From Dicyema japonicum (lineage: Eukaryota > Animalia > Dicyemida), in NCBI GenBank assembly GCA_011109175.1, contig RDEW01000027.1, positions 268,515 to 332,514 on the forward strand: a stretch of 64,000 nucleotides of DNA, read 5' to 3'. Below the pieces are notes generated by a model, which searched no databases, was not told the DNA's origin, and saw only the letters and a program-made list of their open reading frames with translations. Of the stretch, positions 1-14,044 are shown piece after piece. Position 1 is the first letter of the stretch. Each line of letters opens with the position of its first letter. The translations under genes were made by a program, and so were the position numbers.

Positions 1-260
1 ACACTGTTTACCGCGGAAAAAACGATGAGGGCAAAGGAGAAGAAATTCGAAACGCTACGCGACGATTCGCGTTTTATCCGATTGTGGTCGAGACAACTGG
101 AATAACTGGAAAATCGCTTCGCTTTCTAAAGCTTAGCTACACTAAAAAGCCACGGCGAACGTGAGACCCGGTGGCTTCTCCAGTTGATCTCTGTTGCAAT
201 CGTGTGAGGCAACGCAACGTCTGTCTGCGGGGTCTACTTTGAATGGATGGCCGTGTTAAT
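1..260 (+). mobile_element. CRE-like (RLE-type) non-LTR retrotransposon 3' end fragment
   Basis: Encodes ...FYPIVVETTG...LISVAIVxGNA, the C-terminal restriction-like endonuclease region; closely similar to 51757-52000. Confidence 0.8.
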
Positions 261-330
261 TAATTATCTTAATTATTCCATTAATTAATTTTGTTGTTTA
301 AAAATAATTATATTTTTAAATAAAAAATAT

Positions 331-1780
331 TCAATTTCTTGTTAGCTTTTTTGAATATCTACGTTTAACTTGTAAATTTGAATCACTAAAAAAATCATCA
401 TTGTCGCTAAGGTAAAGTCCGCCGTTTATTATTTTCTTAAGTAATGAGCTTTCCCAATTAAATTCAGCTGTTTTCGAGTCTTTAAAGCCATTTTGGATTT
501 TGCACAGCTCCTTAATCTTTCTCCAACGATCATTGGATTCATCCGAAAGTCTGTTGACCTCGTACATTGCATTCCTATAACATTCCTAGCCGCATTACCT
601 GACTGTTAGAACCTCATTGGTTATTTTGGAAAATGAAGTCTTATATTTTAAAATGGAAAAAAATGATTCAGATTTTCTTTGAAAGTTTTTCTAAACCCTA
701 GGATGAGTTTGTATCACCTTATCCTTCATAACAACAATTTGATCGTTTATGGAGTTTTGAAGGTGTCTTATATATTTCTGCTCAACTTTGTAAGTTTGGT
801 GGAGCAAATGCTCCAAATGAGCCCGAATCCCAAACTACAAATATTAAGAACATCAACATCTAATTCGTTCATATAGCCAGAGTCCTTTGAAGAATTCGAA
901 AGATCACTTTGTTTAGACATTCGCGATACCTCCCAATATCTATCTGAGCATAAAGTCTTTCGATATCAGCGATACTTTTCTCCATTTCCTTGGTTAATCT
1001 CAGAGCGACTGAGCGATCTTCTTTGAATTTGGCGTTTTGTTTGTAAGAAAAAAACACTCCAACTAAAGCCAAAATGATAGAAAATCCAAGTACGCAGTCT
1101 TTTAGCACATGATCTCTAACTATTAGATTTTGCATTAAATTTACAAGAAGGAGTGCCAAACAGAATAACTCGCAATGCCATTAGCTGTATTTTTTTTCTT
1201 TCAATTGGATCAGCGATTCCGAGAACCTTTGACTTGAAACTCACATTTGTGGCCAATCTGTTGTAAGTCAAGTTATGACTGGAAACTTTAGCATGTCTCT
1301 TCCGGAAATACGGCATTTTTCAAAAATTACTTGATATTGTGGCAATTTTACAAATCGATTAAGCCAATGTAACATCTGTTTGTTGGTCCAGTTGTGAGCT
1401 AAAATTAATACGAGCACACGACCAGCCGAAGACTTCCAATCTCGCCACAATTCAAAGCCAGCGTTGTGTACGCTGGAATCATAAACCAAGGAATGCTGTT
1501 TTGAGGTGTTTGCAAGGCTCATATTTTTGAAAAACTAAAATAATGAAAAATATCCACTTCCAGAGTTTTCTCAAACTCAAAATTTTGATGTTCGTCGATT
1601 TGCTCATAAATATTGAGAATCGCTCTAAACTCCAATTCTTCTTGATCACGATTTTCAATGTCGCAGAAATTCTTAGAAAATTAATACACCCAGACCACAA
1701 GATTTTTAGAATCCAAAGCAATCACTAAAGTTATATATTTAATGACTCGTTTGACAAAAAAATAACTGAGTGAAAATCAT
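331..1780 (-). CDS. STIM: Stromal interaction molecule (STIM), multi-exon
   Basis: Spliced translation gives EFCDIENRDQEELEFRAILNIYEQIDE (EF region), SAM domain HNWTNKQMLHWLNRFVKLPQY...RKKIQLMALRVILFGTP, TM HVLKDCVLGFSIILALVGVFFSYKQN and SOAR-like DRWRKIKELC; ATG at 1780, TGA at 331. Confidence 0.85.
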
Positions 1781-2519
1781 AAAGAAGCGTCCGAATTGAT
1801 GGAATTTTATTATATTTTTTTTTAATTTTAAAAATATTTTTTATTTTAATAACAATTAATTATTTTTTATAAAAAAATAAAATTACAAAATTTTCTCAAT
1901 TTTCGACTTATTAGTAGAAAAATAAAATATTTTCGAAATCAATTTAACTTAGAATTCTGAAAGAAGCGAGTATATTTTTGTTTATTTACTAAGAAACACC
2001 CAGAATTCTATATATTTCTGCTATTACTTGGTGAATTGATCGATTCTTAGCTAAGTTAAATTAGAAATTCGATTCTTAATTGGATTAAATAAATTATTAA
2101 TACTCTAATTAGAGTAAATTAAATATCAGTTTGGAAAATTTAGTGAAATTTAAGGTTCTCGTCTATTTTGGTATTCAGAAGCTAAGAATTTTTTGTGTCC
2201 TTGTATCCTTCATAAAGGGGATTGTAAAATCATACGAAATAGATTTCCAAACATCAAACTATAGATGGTTTAATTGGCTAATTTTATCGATATTCGATCG
2301 ATTAATTTTGGCAATTATCGATAGCAAATCATGTAATAAAGCCGTAATCTGAGTTCTTTTAATTTTGGTCGGTCTAGATTCTAACATGGATCCCACACTT
2401 TCTTTGTTCATAACTTTGGGTTTCCGATGTCTCTAGAGTCCGTGACCTAGTTCACGCTCGTGAGAAGCAAGGTCTTTATCAAAATATCACCAGTAATTAA
2501 AATTTAAATCAATTTATTA

Positions 2520-3200
2520 AGAATAGAAAATTAAACAGTTGAAAGAGCACTTAATTTACGGAAGCTTGAATGGCCAGTAATTATCATTGAAATATTTTTG
2601 CACAAGCTGTTAGACAGTAACACATCAAATTTTAATCCCAGCTTTGTGAATTTGGCGACAACTGAGAAATGCTCCATCAAGAATGGTCACACCAGAGATC
2701 CTACTGAGGCTCCAGACCAGACAAAAAGACGTCGAAATTCCCTCCCATTCAGGGAAGGACTATCCAGAAACTGTGAAGTGCGAGCCTCTTTATAATAAAT
2801 TCTTAAGTTAGCAAATTTTTGAGTGCTTCTTCAATTTGCTATGTTAAAGAGTCGGCATTAGGGCGGTCAGAATGACAAGAAAATACAAAGATTTAAAGGG
2901 TGAATGAGATGAAGTACGTCACGTTTCAAACAAGAGATCACCCATGTGAAAATTTTGATCCCATCATATCTCTTCCTATCTCACGGTCAAGCCTCGGCTC
3001 CTTGATCAGTAAAGGAAACCTAGATGCTGACTCCAGACAACATTTAATAATCTCGTTTAAGAATGGCATGTCTGGGTACTTCTCAACGTTCCTTCTGAAG
3101 AAAAAAGATGAATCCACTCTCGGTCAACCATGGTCTCACAAAGATACACGTGAGATTCGCAAACATTAAGCCCAACCACAAGCCATTGTTATTAAAGAAC
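2520..3200 (-). mobile_element. Decayed CRE-like retroelement (zinc finger + RLE)
   Basis: Degenerate LGLNVCESHVYLCE..KYPRHAIL..DRxRYDGI motifs matching the other CRE copies. Confidence 0.65.
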
Positions 3201-3249
3201 CTTTTAACTTATAAAACTGCACACATTTTACACGAGGTTTTTACCAGTC

Positions 3250-3640
3250 AACTACACGACAAAAATAACTACAGTACTTTCACGAAAGCTATAATACTTA
3301 TAACTAGAAGTTTCTCAAGTCCTTTTGTAGGATGACCGTCGGAGTTATCCTCTGCCTTCCTCGAAAATGGCCCTCTTGATAGACAGTAGTTTTCCATTGT
3401 TTTGTTAGGTTAGGGTACTAATTTCATCTTAGGATATGTTTTCGAATAGTCTCTAGTGAGACTCCCTTATCTTCAGTCTTATTGGCTTACCTCCACATTT
3501 CTTATAAACTGTTTTACTTGATATTCTGATCGGCCAGCCTGTTTCTATAATTTTTCTCAGATGATTTTTGTGGTAAAAGTCCAGCCTCTCCACTTTTTCT
3601 TTTAGGTAGTCCAAGCCAATACCCTTAGTAAATTAAACAG
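3250..3640 (-). mobile_element. RTE-type RT C-terminal fragment
   Basis: ERLDFYHKNHLRKIIETGWPIRISSKTVYKKC resembles the RTE C-terminus at 26856-27320. Confidence 0.6.
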
Positions 3641-5689
3641 TAATTGGGATTAACGAAATTAAAAGTTTTTATATTTTTATTCATGAATTAAAAAAATTAA
3701 GGATTGAATATCTTTTTCCAACAAATGTCTGTAAAGACGTTCGGATGACATTTGATCTGACCGTCGTTCGAATCCGAAAGATGGACTTTTCAACGAGGCC
3801 AATTCTCGTCAACCAGATTCCAGCCATAAGAAGACGAGAGATTCTCTCACGACACAGTTGTTAAAAGGAACCATCCAATCTCCTCCTTGACCGACTCCAC
3901 TGATGAAGATTCCCATAATGAAAACTCTTCCGCCTAAGAATGAAAAGATGTTCGCGATGATAGGACGTGCGATGAAAATAGGAAACTGTAATGTTAATAT
4001 TTTTACTAGGATTCGTTTTTTTTAATTATGAAAATTAAAATAAGGTAGTTAATATAAATTTTTCAAAAGTATTGGAATATCACTTTTGATGCTTTTGTTG
4101 GTGTAACAGTAAATCTCGTTCATTGGAAAAGCTCAAATCGCAATATTTGCACTTTATGTTGGGGCTAAAAGTGACCATTAAAATACTCTTCCGTTACCGA
4201 AGTTAGTTTAAATTTTGGAGTATTCATGAACCCAAAAAAATCATTCAAATTTGTTCTATCAAATGTAAAAATCAGTTTACGCATTCAAGAATGAAAATGG
4301 GGGGAATAAAAACGGTGGAGGGAAAACATTGGTACTATGGAATGGGAAGAAAGGCTAAACTGTGTCATAAAATTACGTTTTCATGAAAAAATGAATCGGG
4401 GAGAATTCCGCGACTTATCTGATTTTCCTCCCGCAATCTATCATTACTAAAATCACTTCCTTTTTTGTCTTAAGTGAGATTGTTTGTGACTTTTTAGCAT
4501 TGCCTTGTTTATACAAGCGTATTCACACTCATCACATTTAAAGTCCTTTACCTTGGTGTGCTTAGATTTCATGTGATATTTAAAATGGGTGTTTCAAATC
4601 CGTTACAAAGTTGCAATGAGGACATCGGTTTAGACGATTCGTCCTCAAATGCTTCTCAGCCAGGTGGTTGTAGTGATCTCTCTAACAGTAAAATCATAAC
4701 ATACATCGTTGACTGACTGATGGTCACAGAATCGGCATAACAGAATAATTCAGTAGTAGTAACCAAAAATGCACATTTTTTCTTTTTTGGTGAGATTTTT
4801 GTTTCCCGAGGACGAATCCATGAAGTTTTACCACTCTTAAAAATATCAAAAGCGAATTGTTAAATATTATAGTAACCGCAAAATATAATCCTACTTTAAT
4901 TATTTTGATATAAGATTATAAATTTAAATCAACTTTGAGTTGGTTAATATCAAATACGCATTGATTTGAAAATAAATTCACTTTCGTACAAAAATTGATT
5001 TTGCGTTAATTTTTGGTCTACTTTTCATTTTTTATTTTAAAGGCTTAATCGATGTTTCTTTGAAGAGATACGTTATGGATTATTAGCAAAATATGGGAAA
5101 GTTACGATCCTCCAATTGTTCCATTGCATATTAATTGATTTCGGCATTTTATTCCTTGATCTTGAAACATTCAAAATGTACTTTTATAATTTTGTTTTTT
5201 GTTTGCTTCGTTTTTTGCTTAATTTGAAATCTATCAAATTTTAATGTATTTTTAATGTTTTTCAAAAAAATTGCATATTTAAAGGATTGTGATCTCGTGT
5301 CTGCCAAGCATAGCAAACTTAATGAAAGAAATGCGATCCTTGACTCATACATCGCAGCGTAAAATTAATCATAAAAGGATCTGAGGTCGCAGGAGAGTCC
5401 AAGCTGTGTCAGGACTTGTGTTACAAAAATACCCTGTTTACTTTCCATTGGTAATAAAGTTCGTTTATGGTTAATGTCTCTGCCTAACTTTCTCATACGG
5501 TAGCTTTTTTCTTCTCGTTCCTTGATAATTCCACCATATGAATGCTGAAGACAGTATAGCACATGACAGCTATAATAAGATCATAGTGAGTTATCCTCTC
5601 TATAACCGTCAGAAATAATAAATCTTGAAAAAATCGAAGAAACCGAAAAATTGTTTATAAGTGAACTGAAAATAAGCTCCGTACCAAAA

Positions 5690-5933
5690 ATCATGAGATC
5701 CTCTGTTTGAATCTTGCTGTCCATTCGGTTTAAGGTTCCACGCATCTACGATGATTTGTGGTTGACGAGTGACGCCATCATCAGTATTTCATTACTGCGA
5801 ACTGGATTGTCTTCTGGGCACTGCAACAAACAAAAAGAACGAGAAGTTAAGAAAACTTTCAATATTAGATATGCCTTGAATTAATTTACATTACTGTTCT
5901 TGCTTCTTAAAATAAAGCGAGTTCTGCCTAAGG
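5690..5933 (+). mobile_element. tRNA-headed SINE, copy A
   Basis: Core aaggttccacgcatctacgatg..tgacgagtgacgccatcatcagta..tactgcgaac and aataaag tail shared with five other copies. Confidence 0.75.
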
Positions 5934-6169
5934 TAGGTTTAAGTAATGGAATCGTTATCTACTCATGGGAAGGGACTAGTTATTTATTAAAGCTTTACTA
6001 ACAAATTGAAGGGCAAAGGCCTTTACGTGTGGAGTCGCAATTGACGAATACTTGCAGAAATCGATTATTAAGAAGAGTAGGTTCAAACATAGAAAACAGA
6101 GAGAATGAAGAGTTCGTAGTTAAAAAATTCATAATTAATGACAATAAAACGTTAATTAGGAGTTTAAGT

Positions 6170-6325
6170 ATTACAGCCTCTTTCCTGAAGGAAATCGGAG
6201 GGAAATTGGCTCACCGCAAGAAAGACGTGCGGGAAGCGGTCTGGCTTAGGCAACGAATTGGGATCGCAGTTGTCCGCGGAAACGCTTACTCCGTAATGTC
6301 AGCAGCCGCTCTCCCCCATAGTTAA
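6170..6325 (+). mobile_element. CRE-like 3' end fragment
   Basis: FLKEIGGKLAHRKKDVREAVWLRQRIGIAVVRGNAYSV. Confidence 0.8.
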
Positions 6326-8550
6326 TAAATAATATTTTATTGTTAATTGGAGTTATATATTTAAAAAAGGAGTTTAGTTTACTGTTGTTCTTTAAAATTC
6401 ACGTATAGTTGTTTTATTGAGTTATTTTTTATGATGACTTCATTACAAGATTATCTTCACGTGGCGCATAAATACTGATTTTTGAATGGAATCATCAAAT
6501 TAATAAGCATTTAATCCAATTGGTTCCATATAGCTGTGATTATCTTATATGCAAGATCTTTTTTTATTAGACTATTAATTCGAGCAGTAAGCCAAGTTGT
6601 TAGTTTGGCAGATGGTTAAAGGGTGACGTACCTCTCTCACAAATTCTCTACTTCATGGTATATGAATAACTTTGTTTTTTTTTTTGTGAGCATGGTCGAG
6701 GTTATAGACTCAGAAATCATCGGAAACCAGAAATTCTTAACAAATGAGTCCATGATGCACATAGGGTTCAAATCTTGTCTGACCCAAGATTGAAAAACTT
6801 GGAGAATCACTAATTAAAGAGCGCATATTGTCAGTTTATTCTATTTTTGTGTTGCCTCCACTATTTTCCCAACTTTTATTAGCGAGTTCTTTTTGCTCTG
6901 ATTATTGACTAATTCAATTATTCTCGGAGGACTTGTCTTTACGTCTGCGATCTTTGTAACAACATACAATGGAACCATTCGAATCCACTAATTTTATTGA
7001 AATGTAAATTTTCCATAGGAAAATTACCAAAGAAGAGTTTCTTCATGAATATACCGAAAATGCAAAAATTTTAGAACATTTTGTTGGAGATGACTTAGAC
7101 AAAGAATGCATTGAAAATAAAGATTTCCGACAGTGATGAGGTGAAGGCCATAAATACTCTGCGAAAATATTTTAAGCTGTAGGATGAAATAAAGTTAATT
7201 TGATCTTGAAAATGAAAGCAAAAAATTTAAAACAAAAACTAAGATAATTGATAGATAATTGTTTTCCTTTTAAATTAATATTTAAAATTTAAAGAAGGCA
7301 CTTCCGGAGGAAAATTCAAAAAGAGTTTAAGAGATATTGGAGACTGGGATCATTTAATAAGTAAGTTTACCATTTCTTTTTTGTGGTTTAAGGGTTTTAA
7401 TAAAAAAATTAAATAATAATATCAACTTCGACCCATTTAATTTGCCTCTCGTATTCGCCAGATTTCCAAAAATGTTTGATATTTTCTAGTCTCTCAGTAT
7501 ATTCTCTTAATATAATTCAGTTAGTAATTGATTAACTGATCAGAGGGTAGTAAACGTTCGAGATATCTTTACCAGGACTCGAAGTGGGAAATTTCTAGGA
7601 GTGGCATACCTTAGAACCGCGCTTTATACTGATCGCCAATTTCTTAGATCTTGGCGAAGTTGAGGTTAGTAGCTTACCTAGTCGGAACTAGGAGATGACG
7701 GATTTTCTCAATTAAATGGCTGTCATGACAGATTTAATATGTTGTTCCCTTTATATGTTTATGGATGAAATAAAGAACTCAAGGACTTAGGACTATGAGG
7801 TCAACAAACCAAAAAGTGTTAGATATGCTAACTTTTCTCTTTAAAAAACAGTCCGCAATCCAAGAAGTTGTCAAAAGAGTAATTATCCGCAACTTTGTAC
7901 TCTCTGGAGCAGTTTTGATTGACGACAATAGAAGGTGATGGTAGTTACTCTACCTAGTTACTCAGTTTCTTCTTCCTCCTCTACGAAACTAGCACCAAAT
8001 ACCTCAAAAACCATCCAAGATATAAGATAACTCCTCGTTTTCTTTAGACCCAACCAAGATTTGTGAATTCTACTTTTGATTCTTCCCCTACTGCATCTAT
8101 ATGTGTTGAAATAGATGAAATCATAAAAAAGATGGAGATCAACGCTACAAATTTGTCCTCTTGATCAGTGATTCTGCACAGTATATGACTAGTGGCAATT
8201 TTTAGCCGGAAATTTACTTTATGATAATCTATTTCATGTGAAATGTGTATCCCATTTATTGCACAATTGTCCTTTAAACACATTATGGAGATGTTGACGA
8301 ATTATATCGGTAATAATGGCCTCGGTTGTAAAAAATTCTTTTCTATAATTGGACAGCCACCTGTCGTGGTTGTCGCAAGATGGGGTATTTGGCTAAGTAT
8401 TACTCTTTTGAATCTTCCTGAAATAGTTAGAATCGTTACAGAACTTAGAGCAGACGGAATTATTGTAAACAACGTAAGGATTTAAAAATTATTTAGGCAA
8501 AAAAATCAGTACTATGTTCGACATGTACTACAACAGATCTTTGTAAGTTC

Positions 8551-8656
8551 AATGAATATATTTCAAAAAACTACAATACTGGGATTTTGGAAATACTACA
8601 ATTTAATGAATATATTTCAAAAAACTACAAATGACTGGATTTGGAAATACTACAAT
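8551..8656. repeat. Tandem duplication, ~53-bp unit x2
   Basis: aatgaatatatttcaaaaaactacaa...ggaaatactacaat occurs twice back to back. Confidence 0.85.
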
Positions 8657-8659
8657 ATT

Positions 8660-9280
8660 CCAATAAAAGTCTCCCACCAGCAGAATATGCAAATCTGAGG
8701 AATTGTGCTGCAAGTTCTGCATCTGCTGCAAGAGCTATTCTTATTCTGTATGTTTCTTGACGGATAATTTTTCTTTCTTCAATATCTTGAGTTCTTGTCA
8801 ACTGCTTCCGGGGTCTTTAATTTTCTTGGCGAATATTTTTTGTTTGTATAGATTCATGACTCTTTTTTTTCTGCATTTGTACTTTGTTCATCTCACTTTT
8901 AGCATCATTGGCATTTTTTCTTTGATCAAATATCTATTAATTTTTAAATTTTTATTACATTTGTCAAGTTGTGATTTACTTTATCAATTTCTATTAAATC
9001 ATTTTCATATTCCAGTTAGGAGTTTTTTTAGTAAATAAAAAAAAGTTGAATCAATTATATTTATAGGAAATAAACGGTGGTGGCTTTTAACATATGCTAG
9101 ACTGAAATTTTTGAATTTTTGAATTTGGTAAAATTGCAATTTCGATTTAAAAATGAAATGTTTTTTTTTAAATTCTTTTCGTTTTTTAAAAAACTACTGT
9201 GTTAATGAAATAAAGTCAATTCCTTTATTTGGGAAGTTATTCAAAAATTTTTGGTGGCTTTTAACATTTTCTCGAGACTG
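8660..9280 (-). mobile_element. Possible Tc1/mariner-like end with internal direct repeats
   Basis: ggtggcttttaacat repeated at ~9080 and ~9253; minus strand starts CAGT at 9280; no intact transposase. Confidence 0.3.
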
Positions 9281-9289
9281 TGGGCAACA

Positions 9290-9450
9290 TATGGATAACT
9301 TGCATCGCTCCAGATCTCGTGCGAGCTGAAGTTTTTTTATACATAGGATTGAGTCCTCTGCCATTTAGGGTGTCTAGAGAGAACTGGCTGGTATCAAATG
9401 TGAAAAAGATATTCGTATAAGAGAGGCACCTCAACCAAAAAACCTAACCA
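9290..9450 (-). mobile_element. RTE 5' UTR / APE endonuclease N-terminus fragment
   Basis: tggttgaggtg leader and FSLDTLNGRGL..KKLQLARDLERCKLSICC, homologous to 29290-29492. Confidence 0.6.
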
Positions 9451-9963
9451 ATATGCCTGAAATACTAAAGATGCTGATAAAAAACTTTAAAATATGCCAA
9501 TTCGAGATGATTTTGAGTTGAAGAATGACTCCTATATAAATTACCGTAGAATCATATTACCTTCAATCTTGCACACGTTCATCTAAGATCCTCCACCAAG
9601 ATTAAAGCCAGAATCCTCTTTCAGGGACTTCATGTAATATATATGTCCAAAGAGAAGCCCAGTGCCTGGCCGGTATACAAAAATATCTTGCTACTTGGGG
9701 TTCCCATACTGGTGAACATGGATGGACGTGATGATTGGAAAGGATCCATCTCCTTTTGACGGTGAGAACTAAGATCAATAGCTAGATGAGGGTTAGATAG
9801 GATGAGGGATAGTATTTGAGACATGTCACGAGTTGTCATAATGATTTTTCTTTAGCTTAGAGATGGGGATCAACTGCAGTCCAAACTCGACTAATCATCA
9901 ATTTCCAAATATTGGACTAAAGCATAGTAAATAAGCTAAAAAAGAATAATTCAACATAAAAAA

Positions 9964-10767
9964 TTAAAGACAAGTTCTTTTGGGAGGATGATCAGAATCC
10001 TCATCGCTATCAGAGCAATCCTCACAGACATATACATTCTCATCAGCTTCACTATCATAACAAATATATCTGTCTTCTGACTCCTTATCACTAACTGTCG
10101 GCTCATTCTCAGATTCCTCCGACTCTGAACACGAAGAACGATTAGATTCGTCACTGGCATCATTTTCCGAGGCAATTGCGTCCTCAAAATCATCAAAGTC
10201 AATGACATCATCTCAAATTTATAAAACAGGACAACCAGAGAACACATATTCTCCGTTCACGTCGAAATTGTCGACAATTTTAAGCTGGGGGATCATTTTG
10301 AAGATTTTTTCCACATAATTCTCCTCCTTAGACGCGGGGGTTGATTTTAAGTCCAGTCTGATGAGGGAAGACAGCTTGGCCTGTAAAGGTAAGTAGACTC
10401 TTTACCAAATCACCAAGGGACTCCAAGGTATAAAATGTGTAGCTAATATCCAAAAATTGGAGACGAGGACAATTCTTAGTAAGAATATTCATTCCATCGG
10501 AGAGATTGTTTAAAACGAGGGACAACTGGGGGTAACTAACTAAATTCTACTTTTTCCAATTTTGGGTACATCGGGAGTCCCGATATTGAGGTAATTCCAC
10601 ATAGGGTTAGTTTGAGCTCCTTTAATTGAGGCAAATCGTAGTTCCCAAGTTGTCTGAAGTCAAATCTAATGAAGGTAAGGTCAACATATTTGACCTGTAA
10701 AAGAATTAAATAAAAATACCGATGTTGGGTCAATATTGTACTTAGAAATTAACTTCCCCAAACCCAT
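9964..10767 (-). CDS. ANP32: Acidic leucine-rich nuclear phosphoprotein 32 family protein
   Basis: MGLGKLISKYNIDPTS|VKYVDL..LKELKLTLCGITSISGLPMYPKLEK LRRs, LRR cap ending IPQLKIVDNFD, long D/E tail ending PPKRTCL*; micro-introns. Confidence 0.85.
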
Positions 10768-10879
10768 CCACTAGACAGCTATTTTAAATAATTTATTAAA
10801 TATTTTAAATAAAACAACTAATTTATTTTTAATGATAATAAATTTAAGGAGGCCACATCAAAAATATTATTATTTTGAA

Positions 10880-11070
10880 ACTGAGACTGTTAGTGTCTTA
10901 AGTGCTGGGTTAAGTCCTGATGGTCCCGGGTTCGAATCTCGGTTCTGTACATTCCGACAGAAGGTTCCACGCATCTATGATGCTTTGGATATGACGAATG
11001 ATTCCGTCATCAGTGCTTCACTGCGGAACTAGGTCGCCTGAAAAAAACTTACTCCCAAAAAGAGACGAAG
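10880..11070 (+). mobile_element. tRNA-headed SINE, copy B
   Basis: B-box GGTTCGAATCT at ~10929 followed by the conserved structured core. Confidence 0.8.
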
Positions 11071-11229
11071 ATTGCAGGTAGCCTCGTTGAGAACCACTGA
11101 AATTATTGACTAATATGCTCACTCAGCGATTCGAACTCATAAACTCAGATTTGCTGTTTATTTAATATTGAACTCTGGATTACACTTAATTAGGCTTTTG
11201 AGTGACAGGATCGGTGTTCTGGTACCTAT

Positions 11230-12260
11230 TGCCTGGAGCCTGTAAAAAACGGAGTTAAAAATACCTCAGATGAGAAACTCACCTTTGCCATTACTCAGTT
11301 ATTTCCTTGTTCCGAAAGAATAAGTTGAGATAATCTCGACCCATTTCAAAAATTATTTAGCGTTAATACACCACAGTACTTCTTCATTTGACGGACGAAC
11401 AAGACTTGGACATGTTCAGTTAAGAATTGTCCAAATTTTACTGTCAAGTACAGGGCTCTCCGTGAAAATGAGCAAAACCTACCTACAAAATTTAACGACA
11501 AACACGTTCATCCTTCAGATAGACTTTCTCTCTTCACTCATGTTAATCCTATATTTAAAAGCAACCATGAGAGAACTCGGAACACTATACCATGAAACAT
11601 AGAAGGGATATACAAACGATGTCGACCTAACCTTTGAAGACTGGGTAGTATTAGAACATCTATTGGAAAATACTCCAGATCTACTTGGGAAATGGTTCCT
11701 CAGTGTTGCTAAACAGAGTTCACAGAAGTAAAAAAATAAATAACACTTTAGAGGAGCAGTGAAGACGTTAAAAAACTCAGATCTCTCATGGGAGACAGGG
11801 AAGACTTTAATCAAATAAAAACGAATTTTTTCAAATCATCTGGATGTCTTAAATCAACATATATCTGGAAATGAGAGCTCTAGAGTTCCTCTCCCAAACC
11901 TTTGATAGTTGAAGCCTAAAGGATTTAGTGTTAAATTCAAGATAGAATTATACAACTCTTCTGTTAATTCCATACTGTTATAAAACGCCTGGATTAGATG
12001 AAAATAATGATGAAGCAGAAATGAGGACTCTTTCCATAGGAGTAACCTGAGGAAACTTACTAGACAGATTGGCTTACCAGAATTTCGAATAATGCAATCC
12101 AAAAAAGTGCAGATGTAAGCCTGGAAATCACGAAATCTGGATAGGGACTGTTTTGACATATCTTGAAAACGACGAAACCTTCCCAGCAAATGTATCATAA
12201 AATGATATTATGTTTACCAAAATGACTTAATCGTAAAAAGCCATTAACTCTCTCAGTTGT
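11230..12260 (+). mobile_element. Decayed RTE-like RT
   Basis: Remnants YLGKWF, LSVKFKIELYNSSVNSILL. Confidence 0.5.
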
Positions 12261-12472
12261 ACTAAACCAATGACCTAAAACGCAGAAAATGTAGTTGAAG
12301 ACTGCGGACAACCTTGACTCTCTAAGATCACCTGTCAGCATCCGAAAGCGCGGAAGAGACATACATTTAATTCATATCTTGGCTGCACATATGTACTATA
12401 ATTCCCGTAAAAGTGCTTATTATTTAAAACTCGTTTTTATTCAAAGAAAATCCATTAGTATAAATATATCAC

Positions 12473-14044
12473 TTAAACTCTCACAACATAGCAAGATGAT
12501 GTAACGGTATATTTTACACCAGCATACTGAGTGCTCCTTTTCTAAAAATAAGCATACAGCACACCTTTCCGTTTATAAACAGACTACTAACTCGTAGACA
12601 CGAACATAAAACATTCTCCATTTCAAATTCAAGAGTTATCAAAGGATGGACGTCATTTGGACTTAGACCATCCAAAGGCGAAATCTTAATATAAATTTAA
12701 TATAAAAACAAAAATAATACAATAAAATAAATTATATTTTAAAATAAAAATAAATGAAATTCAAATACCTGTCCTGTTATTATGTAGGGAAACTTATATT
12801 TATGAATTTGATCACATTTAAATTTAGTGCATTCAGGATTGAATGTAAGAGTCCCCACACTGGTAGTTGATACAGAGATCGAGCTGGCATGGATTGAGGC
12901 ATCAACAGTAGCTGACATAGAATAAATTTGCTGCAAAACATAAAACTACAATTTTACAGCACGTGAAAAGAATGGCGAGCTAATTTCGATCTTAAAGTTA
13001 ACGAAGTTCCCAGAAATCGACGGGAGATAAAGCACGTTAAACAGTTTTCTTATGTCCCTCACAAATAACACAAAACCCAACGTATCTGAGGTCGCCGAGT
13101 ACTTTGCCAGTATAAACCTCCCGTCCGGTGGAATAAAACACAAATTTTTGGAGTTCTGAGTTAAATTGTATGTTACCTGCTTCCAGCTGGAGATATCAAC
13201 ACAGGGATGGAACGTGCTGCACTTCAGAGCGGCAGAGTTCGACAGTGATAGAATCACTTTGGGCATTTTGGAGAGACTACAAGACACGTCGATCTAAGAG
13301 TCTGTTTGACACTGAAAACCCTTCCAGTGACGTCTCCACTGGAGATGTGACCGTTAATGTCCATGCACATGCGGACTTTTTCTATGACGTCCACAAAAAC
13401 CTCCTCTCCTGGGTAAACAAGATTGCGTGGTCGCCATGGAACCTCCTTTATCTGCTCGTTTAGTGAGTTCACCCTACAAATGTTAGTCCAAGAAAACCCC
13501 AAGTTCTTTTTGGCGGTATTGATGGAAATGTGGTCGTGCTTGATCAGAGAATTCACAAACGTACTGTCGTAGGAGTTGAACAGTCCACCGTCAGCCAAAT
13601 GGGAAATAATCTGATATCCCCCCAAGGATTACCTCAGAAATGAGGACGTTATTGGCTTTGATATACCTTTCAGTTAAACGAGAAATGTTGGAGATGTTGA
13701 GAATGGTGTAATGGCATGAAGTCATAAAGCTGATAACGGTGAGGGGGTCAACTAAAGTAATGAGGTAGCATAACCCTCGTTGGTGATCGCCACGGAGAAG
13801 CAAATTTTAGAACTGACAGGGACGTTGATCAGCAAGTGAGTGTTGCATTCTATTATCGGCTGTACTTGTTTCATGTCGAGGACCTGAGCAGTCAGTAAAT
13901 TTTTACCCTGCAGACTTCACTGGCTGCTGGAAGAACGCTAAATGTTTTGGTTGGCATGAAATATTGCTCAAATAGCACATTCCTAGTAAGGTTATTTGAT
14001 CCTTAAAACCCGTCTTTATGTAAAATCCAAAATGAAGCAATCAT
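12473..14044 (-). CDS. AP3M: AP-3 complex subunit mu (clathrin adaptor medium chain)
   Basis: MIASFWILHKDG..., VPWRPRNLVYPGEEVFVDVIE, CSLSKMP, FHPCVD, FIPPDGRFILAKY, C-terminal GVKYTV..VRV*; many 21-27-nt GT-AG introns. Confidence 0.85.

Noticed and set aside
6431-6478. ATGATGA..CTGA C/D-box snoRNA-like pair
   Set aside because: Very short, no terminal stem and no recognisable rRNA-complementary guide
10962-10990. ggt-TCCACGC-atc in the SINE resembles HDV ribozyme P3/L3
   Set aside because: No 7-bp P1, adjacent GG or P2 partner could be drawn; the gcatc/gatgc hairpin explains the sequence better
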